Below are positions 25,936 to 39,520 of a stretch of DNA of 64,000 nucleotides, in pieces. The stretch is from Octopus vulgaris. Lineage: Eukaryota. Position 1 is the stretch's first letter; each line of letters opens with the position of its first letter. A program made the translations under genes and the position numbers. The notes under the pieces were generated by a model. That model saw only the letters and a list, made by a program, of their open reading frames with translations, was not told where the DNA came from and made no database searches. The stretch is from contig OX597830.1 in assembly GCA_951406725.2 (NCBI GenBank), forward strand, positions 23,250,001 through 23,314,000, in the 5' to 3' direction.

Positions 25936-26760
25936 CAGGTGTGGCTGTGTGGTAAGTAGCTTGCTCGCCAACCACATGGTTCTGGGTTCAGTCCCACTGC
26001 GTGATACCTTGAGCAAGTACCTTCTACTATAGCCTCGGGCCAGCCAAAGCCTTGTGAGTGGGTTTGGTAGACGGAAACTGAAAGAAGCCTGTCGTGTATG
26101 TATATATATATATACACACGTATGTGTGTGTATATGTTTGTGTGTCTGTGTTTGTCCCCACAACATCACTTGAGAATTGATGCTGGTGTGTTTACACCCC
26201 CATAAGTTAGCGGTTCAGCAAAAGAGACCGATAGAATAAGTACTAGGCTTACAAAGAATAAGTCCTGGAGTCGATTTGTTCAACTAACGGCGGTGCACCA
26301 GCATGGTCGCAGTGAAATGACTGAAACAAATAAAAGAATAAAATATATATATAATATATATATATATTTTCTTTTACTTGTTTCAGTCATTTGACTGCAG
26401 CCATGCTGGAGCACTGCCTCAAAGGATTTTAGTCAAAGAAATCACCTCTAGGACTTATTCTTAGTAAGCCTAGTACTTACTCTATAACTGTTTTTTGCTG
26501 GATCACTAAGCTATGGGGACGTAAACACACCAGCATTGGTTGTTAAGCGATGGCAGGGTGACAAACACTGACACAAAGACACACACACACACACATATAT
26601 GACGGGCTTCTTTTAGTCTCTGTCTACCAAGTCCACTCACAAGGCTTTGGTTGGCCCAAGGCTATAGTAGAAGATACTTGCCTAACATGCCATTCAGTGG
26701 GACTGAACCCAGGACCATGTGGTTGAGAGGTGAGCTTCTTACCACACAGCCATTACTGCA
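25936..26760. mobile_element. Tail-to-tail inverted pair of family A SINEs
   Basis: 25936-26337 (+) and 26369-26760 (-), separated by ~30 bp of AT-rich sequence. Confidence 0.85.
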
Positions 26761-27269
26761 CAAACATATGGTTTCAGGCTCAGTTCCATTGTGTCCCTGA
26801 GTAAGTGTTTTTTACAGTACTTCTAGGGTGACCATTGTCTTGTGAGTGAAGTGTTTTAGATGGAAACCATACAAAGCCTGTTGCGTGCGCCTGTGTGTAC
26901 TTATGTGCATATGTGTACCTGTGTCTGTGTGATTGTTTACATTCTGAACTAAGTTACAGTTGGTGATGTTTGTGCGCCTATAAATCGTCTGGCAGCTCTG
27001 CACTTTTAAAGATGAGTAGAAAAGCCTTCACTGAAAAACAGGTAAGGGTTAGAGACAAGAAGGGAATCCAGCCTCATTAAGATAAATTTTATCTAAGCCA
27101 TGTTAGCATGGAAAAGAAAACAAACACATACATAAATATATACACACACACAGCAGATACATATATATTTATGGATGATGATAATGATTATACAAATTTA
27201 TGTTTACGTGCATAAATATTTATGTGTGTGTGTGTGTGTGTGCATATATACACACATATTGTAAGTAAG

Positions 27270-27873
27270 TAAGAGAAGCTATCAACTCACCTAACAGAGC
27301 CTTCCAGGTGTTTTCGATAATATATTTCTAATGTGCTCTTGGAGTGTTTGCTAGAGTCAACACCTGCCTTTTCTCTTACCTAACTGTGATTCCATAACTC
27401 TTCTTGCACATCCATAGTTTACAATGAGTACAATAAATGAAATTCTTACCAGCTCCTTTTTCTGCATATTCCACAAGGCCATTTCTCTAGAGAAGAAGGA
27501 TTCTGTCTGCTTACCTACTTACTAATACTTTAATCTTTGTTTAGTTAACTTTAAGGCCTCTTGTTTCTAGATGTTGCTTCCAAAGCTAGAATTCCTTCTG
27601 CTACAGATTCTGTTATATGTGCTTAGTCTCAGTCATTAGTATACAGTTCCCACAGCCAGTCTTAAATTACTCTTATAGTTTGTAAAAAAAAAAAAGAAAA
27701 AAAGCGTAGGAGTGGCTGTGTGGTAAGTAGCTAGCTTACTAACCACATGGTTCTGGGTTCAGTCCCACTGTGTGGCACCTTGTGCAAGTGTCTTCCACTA
27801 TAGCCTCGGGCTGACCAAAGCCTCGTGAGTGGATTTGGTAAATGGAAACTGAAAGAAGCCCGTCATATATATG

Positions 27874-27928
<55 letters not shown>

Positions 27929-28800
27929 GTTTGTGTGTCTGTGTTTGTTCCCCCCAACATCGCTTGACAACCGATGCTGGTGTGTTCATGTTCCCAGCAA
28001 ATGAGACCGATAGAATAAGTACTAGGCTTACAAAGAATAAGTCCTGGAGTCGATTTGCTTGACTAGAGGCGGTGCTCCAGCATGGCCAGTCAAATGACTG
28101 AAACAAGTAAAAGAGTATAATAAATAGGAGGCTGAGAATTAAGCCTTAATGAAGACCCACTTGCTCATTAAACCCCTCAACAAACTCATCACAACCTCCT
28201 ACTAAACTCCATCTAAACTAGCATTGTTACCAACCCAAAAGCATCGATATTTGTGTACAAGCCAGGTGTAGCCCTGCTCCATGTCATCTCTTGCACACAA
28301 CACACATCTACTCACCTCAGCTCTAGCATCCATATAACTTCACTAGACCTATCTTTTACTGTAATGTACATATGGTGTGGGCATGGCTGGGTGGTCAAGA
28401 AGCCTGCTTTGCAACCATGTGGTTTCAGGTTCAGTCTAACTGCATTTCTGAACACGACTTGCACCAATCCCACAAGTCATTCATTAACATTTAGTGTTCT
28501 TAAAGACTAAACTATAGATCATAGTAGTTAGTTAGAGGTATTCCTCAAAATAAAATGGCATGGTAAAAAAGCTTAGTTTTTAACTACAAATTTCTTTCAA
28601 AATTATCTCACTATGAAGAGAAGATCAGTGGTACCCAGACCCGGCACAAATTTAAGCTGATTCATGTTCTCATCAGTTTTGTTAAGAGTTTTTGTGTTAC
28701 TTTTGTAATTTGGTTCAACAGTTTGGAACTTCTCCTTTTTTTTTAGAGATGCTACTTTCCAAAGCATCTCTTTTTTTTTCCCCTCAAAGCAGTCACTGGG
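27270..28800 (-). pseudogene. Heavily decayed RTE-clade LINE reverse transcriptase, interrupted by a SINE
   Basis: Minus-strand remnants in the expected order: KLLNQITKV, FVPGLGTTDLLFIVR, NVNE*LVGLVQ, VGLH*GLILSLLFII, WELYTND (decayed YADD), WKQHLETRGLKVN, ICRKGAGKNFIYCTHCKLW, VDSFSYL. Confidence 0.8.
27704..28115 (+). mobile_element. SINE family A inserted in the RTE fragment
   Basis: Full-length match; splits the RT between the QG-like and YADD-like motifs. Confidence 0.85.
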
Positions 28801-30192
28801 ATATACAAAGCAAAGTAACAGAAGCCTCAATCATAATTCAAAAACAACATGGCCTGAGAGAGGAAGGCTTTTCTTTGGGGTCAGTGGAAAAAAAAGTCGT
28901 TGTTAGCCTATCTTCCATAAGGAGCAAAGATCTTAAGTAAGTAAAGCAATATATTGTATCACTGTTTATAAAATAGGTACCTCATACCTGTATGTGTACC
29001 ATAAGAGTTAACCAAAAGGTGAGCATCATGAAGAGCATCCTGCAGTAAAATGAAGTCCCAAAAGAATTCTTATCCAGCCCGTGTGGGCACAGAAAAATGG
29101 TTGTAAAACGGTGATACACACATGCACATACATATATAGATATGTACATACATATACACATAAATAGATATGCATATACATACACACACACATAAGCACA
29201 TACATACACACACAGATATAGATAGGCATACACACAAACATAAGCACACATACACACACAAACAGACGTGTGTGTGTGTTGGGTAAGTATAAAACTATTA
29301 ACCAAAACAGCCCTCTGTGTGTGTGTGAAACTACTCGGACGATGACAATTTCGGTACATGAAAGACCATATAATTCATTCAATCACGCTCGCTCACAACA
29401 CAATTTTTCTCTTTTAAATAACCATATCCAATTGTGTATAATACGTCAAATTTGATACAAAACATTAAGTTCAAGTAGGAAAGAGAATAGTATCATTATG
29501 TTTGGGCTTACGAGTGTAAAATATATATACTACCTACTTTTAGTCTTAAAAAGTAAGGGGTTGCATTCGATGGTATAGCGTGGGCTGATAGCGCCAGGGG
29601 CAAGATAAGTATTTCAAAACTTATTAGTTTATTAAGTCTTGTCTTTTGGAATTTTTGCTCAGGGCAAGCGCCCGTTATGGGGTCCCTCCCACGATACGCC
29701 ACTAGGCGCAAGTAAACACGATGATTTCATTCACCTCTGGGATGTTTTATAAGGAATATTTCTTTCAGATTTTGGCACAGGGCCTGAAGGCTCAAGTCAA
29801 TTACATCGACCTTAGTACTGGTACTTAATTTACCGACCCCGAAAGGACGAAAGGCAAAATCGACCTCGGCGGAATTTGAACTCAGAACGTGAAGACGGAC
29901 AAAATACTTAACGGTATTTTGCCCGGTGTATAAACGATTCTGTCAGCTCGCCGCCTTACTTAAGGAATATTAAAATCGATGTTACTACTTTACTACTTCT
30001 TCATTTCATTGATCAAGTAAAGTTGATAGGCAAAGCTGACCTGTACGGTGTTTGAACACGCATTGTAAAATGTCTAAACTCGTAGTAGTTGCTCTGAGGC
30101 TTTACTATCAATTCTTTCAACCGACACCGGCAAAAATTTTTTTAAAAAATTTTTAAACCATCTCGTATGATTTACTTTAAGTTAAACAGTAT

Positions 30193-30410
30193 ACGGGAGG
30201 GTACTGAAAAGTTCCTGGCTTTAAGGGTATCGTGAAAGGCCTGGTCGGAGTCCCAACCTTCCAAATTCTTTTACATGGCTAAGAAAAACTGAAGGACCAC
30301 TGCAGTAAGTGTGTGAATCTGTGGGGAGAATATGTTGAATAAAATCATAATTAACTGATCATCCTGTATTTTCTTTTATCCAGAGCCAGGAACTTTTCAT
30401 CACCCTCTCC
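30193..30410 (+). mobile_element. mariner-derived MITE
   Basis: TIRs GAGGGTACTGAAAAGTTCCTGGCT ... AGCCAGGAACTTTTCATCACCCTC. A partial reverse copy lies at ~43710-43891. Confidence 0.75.
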
Positions 30411-30582
30411 ACTAAAATTTCAACCCTTGTGCCTATAGTAGAAGGGATTATTATTATTATTATTATTGAGTGAGAGAGCAGTGCATACCATCAAAGTGAC
30501 ACTGGGATAAGATATACGAAGCCCAGTATACCCATCATGACTACCCGTCTGATAAGGGTACACTAGGCATATGCATCACAAC

Positions 30583-30618
<36 letters not shown>

Positions 30619-31463
30619 CATTATTATTAATATTATCATTATTATTATTATTATTATCATTATTATTATTATCATCATCATTATTATTATGATCATCATC
30701 ATTATTATTATTATGCCTTTCATTCTTTCGGGATCGATAAAGTTAGTACCTGTCAAGAACTGGAATCGATGTAACTGACTTAGTCCCCTCCCCCCGAAAC
30801 TTCAGGCCTTGTGCCTATAGTAGAAAGGATTATTATAATTATCATTATTATTAAAAAGGCAGCGAGTTGGTAGAATCGTTAGCACGCCGGGTAGAGTGCT
30901 AAGTACAAATTCCGTCGAGGTCGACTTTGCTTTTCATCCTTTCGGAGTCGATAAAATAATTACCAGTGAAATGTCGATATAATCGACTAGTCCCCTCACC
31001 CAAAATTCTAGGCCTCGTGCTTTTAGTAGAAAGGATTATTATCATTAACATTATTATTATTATTACTATTATTAAGGCGGCAAACTGGAAGAATCGTTAG
31101 CGCATCGGATAAAATTAGCGGTATTTCCTCGGCTTTTTACGTTCTGAGTTCAATTTTGCCTTTCATCTTTTTGGGATGAAGGAAGTACCAATTGAGTACT
31201 GGGGTCGACGTAATCGACTTACACCCTCCCTTGAAATTGCTGGCCTTGTGCCGAAATTTGAAATCATCAATAATAATAATAATTTTATGTATTGGCACCA
31301 TAACTTAGCGTTCGGCAAAAGTGATCGATAGAATATAAGTTCCAAACTTAAAAAACAAAAGTACTGAGATTGATGTATTCGATTAAAACCTTTCAAAGCA
31401 CTGCTCCAACATGGTCACAGTTTAATAACAAACAAATAATATATATAAATACATATACACACC

Positions 31464-31518
<55 letters not shown>

Positions 31519-32808
31519 AGGGAAAGAGAGAGAGAGAGAAGGAGAGAGAGAGAGAGATTATATGCCACTGTGACCCGCGGAAATTCCATGTTTTATAAAT
31601 GCTCTTGTTTCTATTTTGATGCAGAAATTTATCGATCTTCATAAAATTGTTTAGTCGTGTTAAACGATGTGGAGTGTTTCTTCGATTTTGTTCCACAGTT
31701 AAGGTTGCTTAGAGCGTAACATTCGAACTAGTTTCATTATGTTAAAATTTTCGATTGTCTTCGATTTCGTTCCACGAAAGAGGTTGTTGAAAGAAAATAA
31801 AATAAAAGAAGCCAAACATTCGAACACATGTCGCAGAGAAACAGAGTATGACAGATTCTCACACAAGGATCTAGCATGTACGTCTGTGTGTGTGTGTGTC
31901 TGTGTATAAACACAATTATGTGTGCCCAACATAGCAATGTGTCACACCTCCATTTGAGATATTTACGATTTTAACGAGAAATAACCCCGAGTTTCATGAA
32001 CTAGGAGAGAGAGTCTAACTGGTGGTTCGAATTGCTAAAAGTAACAGCCAAATAAATATTCACGAAACAACACTCTACTGTCTTAGATATAAGAAACACA
32101 CAATGAATTAAACATAAGAACACAATGAATTAATATAGACGGGATGATCAAAGCTAGAATTTTTTTTTTTTTATAACCTAAGATCCCTGATTAGGACTGA
32201 TCTGGCGCTAAACGTAATTCGATGTACAAAATCATGAATGAATTAAGTTGCAAAGTGAAATTAGATATAACATAAACAAATTTGAGACAGAAAAGATTAA
32301 CAGACTTCAGACGAGATCCGTAACACCCGTATCAATCGCTTGCCGGGTAACATGCACCCCAATAACTGGCCATCTCGTAGTCTTCCGATTTTTTTTTCTT
32401 TCTTTTAAAGAATTATATTGTCATATTTCACAGTCGAATTTCTTCTCGAGTATTTTTAGAGAAATACAATAAGAAAGTAGTGTGTGAAAGGTGACGCCCT
32501 TGAAAATTTGAGTTGGGAGAATTTCTTTATTTACATTTTTGTAACATCCCTACCCGTCTTGGAAAAACCACTTAAAAGACAGCAGAATTTACTTGTGTGG
32601 GTGGAAGGAGAGGTTGAATTTTTTTTTTTCTTCTAACCGTGTGTCTTGGATCCAAATTACAGACCAGTCAGCAGGTTGTGGACGGTGTCCAAAGACAAGT
32701 TGTTAGGAAGTTCCTCTGAATTCCGATATTATTGAATGTATGAGGTTAAAAAAACCAAACAAACAGACGATTAATGCATAGTGAGTGATGAAGAAAAAGT
32801 ACAAACTA

Positions 32809-32847
<39 letters not shown>

Positions 32848-34391
32848 AAGATGGAGAGAGAAAGAGAGGTGGACAAATATACCGTGTGAGTGAATGAAAT
32901 GACCGAGAGATATATAATTATTGAACACCGAACTCATCGTCATCAAGTACCATTCATTTTGTACAAAACGAGGTTTCCTTCCTTTCATAGAAACATATTT
33001 TTCCTCGACACATACACACACATACATATCCATACATCGCTTGTAACTACTACACTAAAGAGTCCTCTACATGGCCGCTCGACCTGCAAGAAATAGTAGC
33101 GAAACCTCAATCAAACCATACTCAACCGTCAAAAAATAGGACACGTTGGATAATAAATAAAGGCCTGAGTTCTTTGCAAATAGGCAGAGAGAAAAAAAAA
33201 AAGGTGGAATTGTCACGACTGGAATGCCTTTGATCATACATTTCTGATCAAGGTTGACCTGAAGCTAAACATCAACAACAACACTAGTCACAAGTACACA
33301 CACACACACACACGCACGCATCAGAGAGACACATATAAAGAAGGATATTGGTGGACGACGAGGGAAGCGCTGAATGTATGTCACCCGCAGATGGTTTTAA
33401 TTTGACATTTCATTCATTATTTACAGTTTATTATTCCAAGTGATTTCTTACACAACCGTTTCGGGTTTTCTTTACTACGAAAAGCGAAAACAAGAGAGTG
33501 AGTTGTTCATGTTTTATTCCCCCCAACATCGTTTTCCCCTCCCCCAAAATACAAGCTATGTTAAAAAAAAAAGCGGTTCCAACTTAGGAATGGACAAAAA
33601 CAACAACAAATACTGTCCACGGAATGAGCGAGAGAAAGTAGAAGAGACATTGTTGTAACACGATATGGCAGTTACAAATTAAATGTAGATAATCTTAATT
33701 TCCGACAGAAAGACGTGGAATAATTTGGGATTTCGTTTACTTCTATTAACCGATGTTTTACCGTTTTTAGGGAAGAATGTAGAACTGATCATATTTTGAT
33801 TGAATTAACATTTTTTTTCTTCTTTCTTTTAGTGTCATGTTATATCAGAATCAACAGGAAATAATTCCGTATTTTTGTTGTTTTGTTTTGTTTTCTTTTT
33901 TTTCAATAACATAATAACATTGTCAGTGGTTATTTCAAAAAGCATTACTTTCTTGACGAGGCCAAAAGACGAGTTCTTTTGACAGAAATAAAGAATCTCA
34001 GGTGAACAGGTTTCGTCAAGAAGACTAGCAGACGTAAAATATAGTGTGTGTGTGTGTGTGTGTGTGTGAATGTAAGATTATATATATATATATATATATA
34101 TTGGGGGAATGAGAGAGCTAAAGAGAGAGAGAGAGATAGGATACAGAGATATTAAAAAAATAATAATAAACATTCTTTTTCACTGCCGTTGTTCGAAATA
34201 CAGTAAAAGGCACCGTACTAACTTTCAGAGGGGAGAGGGGAATGCAACTACATAAATATACATATATACGTATAAATAGCTGCTTAATCCTACACGTACA
34301 TATAGGTATGTATGTATGTGTGTTATATATGTATGTCAGTGTGATGGAGAGGAGGAGGAGAGAGGCAAAGAGGCTGACGAAAAGTACTTAC

Positions 34392-34604
34392 CCCGTCAGT
34401 TTCAATGGGCGACCCAGCCGACAATCTCGGCAAACCTTTTACATCCGATCGCCATTGTTGTAGTTTATCCAGTTCTTTTTGGTTCATGCTATAAAAATTG
34501 TAAACGAGGAGTAATTGGACTCCTAAAATTAAAATCACGATATAAAAGAAGAACTTATATTTGAAACACAGTCTTGAATTCGAAGCAATCCGGGAGGCTG
34601 CCAT
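34392..34604 (-). CDS. oxt: First coding exon (71 codons, phase 0) of a Golgi type II membrane protein, probably peptide O-xylosyltransferase (oxt/XYLT-like)
   Basis: ATG at 34604 in strong Kozak context (AGCATGG). Translation MAASRIASNSRLCFKYKFFFYIVILILGVQLLLVYNFYSMNQKELDKLQQWRSDVKGLPRLSAGSPIETDG has a short basic tail, one TM helix and a stem. It ends at a canonical GGG|GTAAGT donor (34391-34386). The KYKFFF..ILGVQLLLVY segment resembles, from memory, the N-terminus of insect oxt. Exon status is well supported; gene identity is an inference. Confidence 0.65.
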
Positions 34605-35000
34605 GCTGTGTACACCGCCTGGCTTTGTTCGCCTCCGAAAACAGAAGAGTGACAAGTTGGCAGCACTAAACAAGTGCGAGAGAGAGAGAGAGAGAGAAAA
34701 GGAATTAGAGTGAGAGTGAAAAATGGAGAAAGAAAAAGACATACATATATATGTGTGTGTAAAGAGAGAGAGAGAGAGAGGGAGAAAGAAAGCTATGTAT
34801 ACAGAGACCGAGAAAGAAGGATATACGCTTATATACAGAGAGAGAGAGAGAGTGAGCGATGAGTGGTTTATGTGACGAAGGCGGCGATGGTGGCAGTAGC
34901 ATAAGCCAGGCAAAACGATTCTGTTTTAAAACTCACTGCTAGTAATAACAAGCATAACTTACGACGCGGTGGATGTTTTAATAACTCGCGGAATCGTCTG
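34605..35000 (-). promoter_or_regulatory. Probable 5' UTR (CT-microsatellite rich) and core promoter region of the oxt-like gene
   Basis: Directly upstream of the ATG; 34860-35000 is non-repetitive and locally CpG-richer. TSS not determinable from sequence. Confidence 0.35.
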
Positions 35001-35882
35001 TGTGTGGAAACTAAAGGAAGGAAAAACCCTTGTTATAAATAAATAAAATCTAAGGTTTACTTTAATTCTTCTTACTACTTCTTATCGTTTTCTGTCTTTC
35101 TCCTCTCCACTTTAATTTCATTCAACGGGTTTATTTAAAACTTGCTAGATTCTTGCGATTCTTTAATATGTCCCAACCCTAGTTCAATGCAGTATCCTTA
35201 TGTGATAGGAACTGGGTGGGGTATGCAAAGCGGCGGCATTCCCCTACTTTTTCAGCTCACGAAGTTGAATGGCTTATAGCGTTTTGACCCACCTTTCTAA
35301 CCTCAGTTTTTCGGACCATATCGTACAACGAATTCCATCACTGATTACTTCATATGCGTCTAAAAACGTCTTAAATTCGTCCTCAAATTGTGAACCCTCA
35401 TTATCAAAGACTTCGACTCTACCAGTCGTAATATTTAGAACAGATATTTCTTTTCGTGTTGAACATCAGAAAGAGTTTACATAAAATGAATTAAAAGTTG
35501 TAATTTAGAAAAATTTCCGTTTATCTCTGGGCATACCTACACAAGTATGTTCACCACCACCCGGTTTTGTTTCTTCATAACTTCCAGAAAAATGGATATT
35601 TCTAAATGAAATTTTCTACAAACATGCTTCAGATGGTGTCGATTCCGATTATATTGGAATTTGTAATTAAAAAAAAAAAGTTCCGTGGGTCGGGTAAGGA
35701 GTTTCGGAAAATTTATGCGGGTGGGTTTTTTTTTGTCATAACTTTCAGAGAAATGGGTAATTTCTTTTTATGAAATCTTCTATAAATACTTTTCAAAGTG
35801 TGTAGATTACTGTCATATTGGAATTTAAGATTGAAAACAAATTTAGTGGTTTCCTATACATACATAAAAATAAATAAATACG

Positions 35883-36120
35883 CCCTTTTTTAAAGCCTAG
35901 CCAGGCTCACGGGCCCGGTTTCCCAGTTTCAATGGCGTATGTGTTCCCCAGTTGGACAGGACGCCAGTCCATCGCAGCGTTACTAATTTTTGCCAGCTGA
36001 GTGGACTGGAGCAACGTGAAATGAAGTGTTTTGCTCAAGAACACAACGAGTCGCACGGTCCAGGAATCGAAACCGGTTCAGGAATGCTGACACCCTAACC
36101 ACTAAGCCACACGCCTCCAC
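35883..36120 (-). mobile_element. tRNA-derived SINE
   Basis: Minus-strand head GGAGGCGTGTGGCTTAGTGGTTAGG; body GCTGCGATGGACTGGCGTCCTGTCCA..GAAACCGGGCCCGTGAGCC. Confidence 0.7.
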
Positions 36121-36251
36121 TCCCTAAACATACATACTAATACACAGCTCATGTCAACAAAATGAAACTTGAAATTACGTAAACAAAAATTCTGATGTGT
36201 CATTGTGAATGAGTACGAATCCACCAATTTTTATTTCTATTTCTATTTCTA

Positions 36252-36646
36252 TTTTACTTGTTTCAGTCATTTGACTGCGGCCATGCTGGAGCACCGCCTT
36301 TAATCGAGCAACTCGACCCCGGGACTTATTCTTTGTAAGCCCAGTACTTATTCTATCGGTCTCTTTTTTGCCGAACCGCTAAGTGACGGGGATGTAAACA
36401 CACCAGCATCGATTGTCAAGCGATGCTAGGGGGACAAACACAGACACACAAACACACACACATATATATATATACATATATACGACAGGCTTCTTTCAGT
36501 TTCCGTCTACCAAATCCTCTCACAAGGCATTGGTCGGCCCGGGGCTATAGCAGAAGACACTTGCCCAAGATGCCACGCAGTGGGACTGAACCCGGAACCA
36601 TGTGGCTGGTTAGCAAGCTACTTACCACACAGCCACTCCTGCGCCT
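36252..36646 (-). mobile_element. SINE family A (little decayed)
   Basis: Full-length match with CpGs retained. Confidence 0.88.
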
Positions 36647-36648
36647 AT

Positions 36649-36695
<47 letters not shown>

Positions 36696-38079
36696 CTATT
36701 TTATTTCAAATTCTGATATAATCGTGATCTACACATTTTGAAAGGTATATATGAAAAATTTCTTTAAAAAATACCCCCCTTTTTTTTTCTTGAAATATAT
36801 GAGGAAACAAAGTCGACTTAGTGCGAATTTTCCGAAACTCTGCATCGCAGAGTGTGTCTATATGTGTGTACGTATAAATAAATGTGTGTCTATGTGTGTG
36901 TGTGTATGAATGTGTGTGTATGTATAAGTGTATGTGTGTGTATAAATATGTGTGTGTGTATGTATAAGTGTATGTGTGTGTGTATGTATAAATCAGTGTG
37001 TCTATATGTGTGTATATATAAATAAATGTGAGTTTATATATGTGTGTATGTATAAGTTTTTCACATTAAATTCCGATAGAATAATAATAATCTGAATCAT
37101 CTGAAACATGTTTGTAGAAAAATTCATTAAACAATATCCATTTTTTAAAAAGTTATGAGGAAATAAAGTCGATGAGGGGGTGGTACACTTGTGTGGGCAT
37201 GTCCATCTCTAAATATATTTATTGTTAGTAGCATTTATTATATCATGGGGACCCAACCTCGTGGTGTGAAAATGAGTTAAAAGTATAGTGGTAGCCCCTA
37301 ATAAACCGAGATCAGTCGGAGAATTGCAATAATTAAAATAGAGTTTGCAGGTAGCTCTATTGTGTGTGTGTGTGTGAGTGTGTGTGTATGTGTATAAATA
37401 TGAGTGTGTATGTATAAATAAGTATGTGCCTATATATGTGTATGTATAAATAAATGTGTCTATGTGTGTGTGTGTATAAGTGTATGTGTGTGTGTGTGTA
37501 TAAATAAGTGTGTCTATATGTATGAATGTATAAATAAATGTGTCTATATGTGTGTATAAATGTGCGTATATGTATAAGTGTGCATGTGTCTATGTGTATG
37601 TTTGTGTTTGTATAAATATGTGTATATGTGTGTATATAAATATGTATACGTATAAGTGTATGTGTGTGTGCGTGTGTATAAATATGTGTGTATGTATAAA
37701 TAAGTCTGTGTGCGTGTGTATGTATAAATAAGTTTGGGTGTGTGTGTGTATAAATATGTGTGTACGTATAAATAAGTCTATGTGTGCGTGTGTATAAATA
37801 TGTGTGTATGTATAAATAAGTGTGTGTGTGTGTAAATATGTAAGTATAAATAAGCGTGTGCGTATGTAAAAATGTGTGTGTGTGTGTGCACGCGCGCGCA
37901 TATCCATTTAGTGTTGACTGTCGGAAGGAAGAACGGAGTGCTCAATAGCTTCGTAGAGATTAATAATGTAGTTTATTTTGGTCGAATCCAGTACCTTGCA
38001 GCACTGAGTTTCATATGTGGGTGCGCAGGGTTTTCAGGCAAGTTATGACTGTTTGTCTGTCGGTCTGTCACTCTGTCTA

Positions 38080-38178
<99 letters not shown>

Positions 38179-38310
38179 CACCTTGGGCAAGTGTCTTCTA
38201 CTATAGCCTCGGGCTGACCAATGCCTTGTGAGTGGATTTGGTAGACGGAAACTGAAAGACGCCTGTCTGTCTGTCTGTCTCTATCTCTGTCTCTCTTCCT
38301 CTGCACACAT

Positions 38311-38368
<58 letters not shown>

Positions 38369-38498
38369 GTGTATATATGTATCTGTATGTATACACACAC
38401 ACACACACACACACAAATATGTGTGCACCTGTCTGTGTGTTTGTGTGTCTGTGCGTGTGTGTGGCCTTTTCCATGCAGTTGTTAAGTGGGATATTATT

Positions 38499-38731
38499 TA
38501 TTTCTTTATTGCCCACAGGGGGCTAAACATAGAGGGGACAAACAAGGACAGACAAACGGATTAAGTCGATTACATCAACCCCAGTGCGTAACTGGTACTT
38601 ATTTAATCGACCCCGAAAGGATGAAAGGCAAAGTCGACCTCGGCGGAATTTGAACTGAGAACGTAACGGCAGACGTAATACTGCTAAGCATTTCGCCCGG
38701 CCAGTTAACGTTTCTGCCAGCTCGCTGCCTT
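38499..38731 (-). mobile_element. SINE family B
   Basis: Full-length reverse match to 47973-48203. Confidence 0.85.
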
Positions 38732-38799
38732 TATGTGGAATATTATTCTATGCAATCGGAATTGATATCTAAATCATATTCTCCATATTTTGAAACGTG

Positions 38800-39100
38800 C
38801 GGAGGCACCATGGCCTAGTGGTTAGAGCAGCGGTGGAGGGATCGCGGGTTCGAATCTCATGACCGGGCGATGTGTGTGTTTATGAGCGAAATACCTAAGC
38901 TCCACGCGGCTCCGGCAGAAAGTAATGGCAAACTTCTGCTGACTCTTTCGCCACAACTTTCTCTCACTCTTTCCTCCTGCATCTTGCAGCTCACCTGCGA
39001 CGGATCGGTGTCCCGTCCAGGTGGGGAACCTGTACGCCAAGGAAACCGGGAAACCGGCCCTTATGAGCCAGGTGTGGCTCGAGAAGGAACAAACAACAAC
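38800..39100 (+). mobile_element. tRNA-derived SINE with CCTGCGACGGA..CCCGTCCAGG central domain
   Basis: A box TGGCCTAGTGG, B box GGTTCGAATC, (CAA)n tail. A related minus-strand copy lies at ~61765-62068. Confidence 0.75.
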
Positions 39101-39520
39101 ATATTTTGAAACCTGGAATATCCCATCGAGAAACCTTGCCAGACGAAAATGTTAAAACCCAAAATTTGCAGGGGCGGCAATTCATTTCTTTTCTTTTCTT
39201 TGCTTTTGTTGTTTTAGAAGGTACAAGAGTGCGTGGCAAGATCGCCAAACCTTCCCGTCCACCTACAATTTCAATGCTTGTGGATTTGTTAGAAACAATG
39301 ACTTGATCACAGTCTTTTATGTCTTGCGTGGCTGTGTGGTAAGAAGTTTGCTTCCCAACCACATGGTTCCTGGTTCAGTCCCAGCCCTCTGCGTGGCAGC
39401 TTTGGCTAGTGTCTTCAACTATTGCCTCGGGCCGACCGAAGTCTTGCGAATGGATTTGGTAGACAGAAACTGATAGAAGCCCATCGTATGTATACACACA
39501 CACACACACACACACGCACA

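Larger units (their letters stand above)
35529..37204. mobile_element. Foldback-type DNA element with ~320-bp modular inverted arms and nested SINEs
   Basis: 35529-35670 matches the reverse complement of ~37055-37204, and ~35700-35850 matches the reverse complement of ~36700-36840. Confidence 0.7.

Noticed and set aside
34605-34913. N-terminal 103 aa of the 196-aa ORF in the track
   Set aside because: Non-ATG start and CT/CA microsatellite translation; the real start is the ATG at 34604, and the tail beyond 34392 is intron.
38800-38870. tRNA genes at SINE heads (also ~2498, ~17700, ~46400, ~62050)
   Set aside because: Only A/B boxes, no complete cloverleaf, and each runs into a SINE body.
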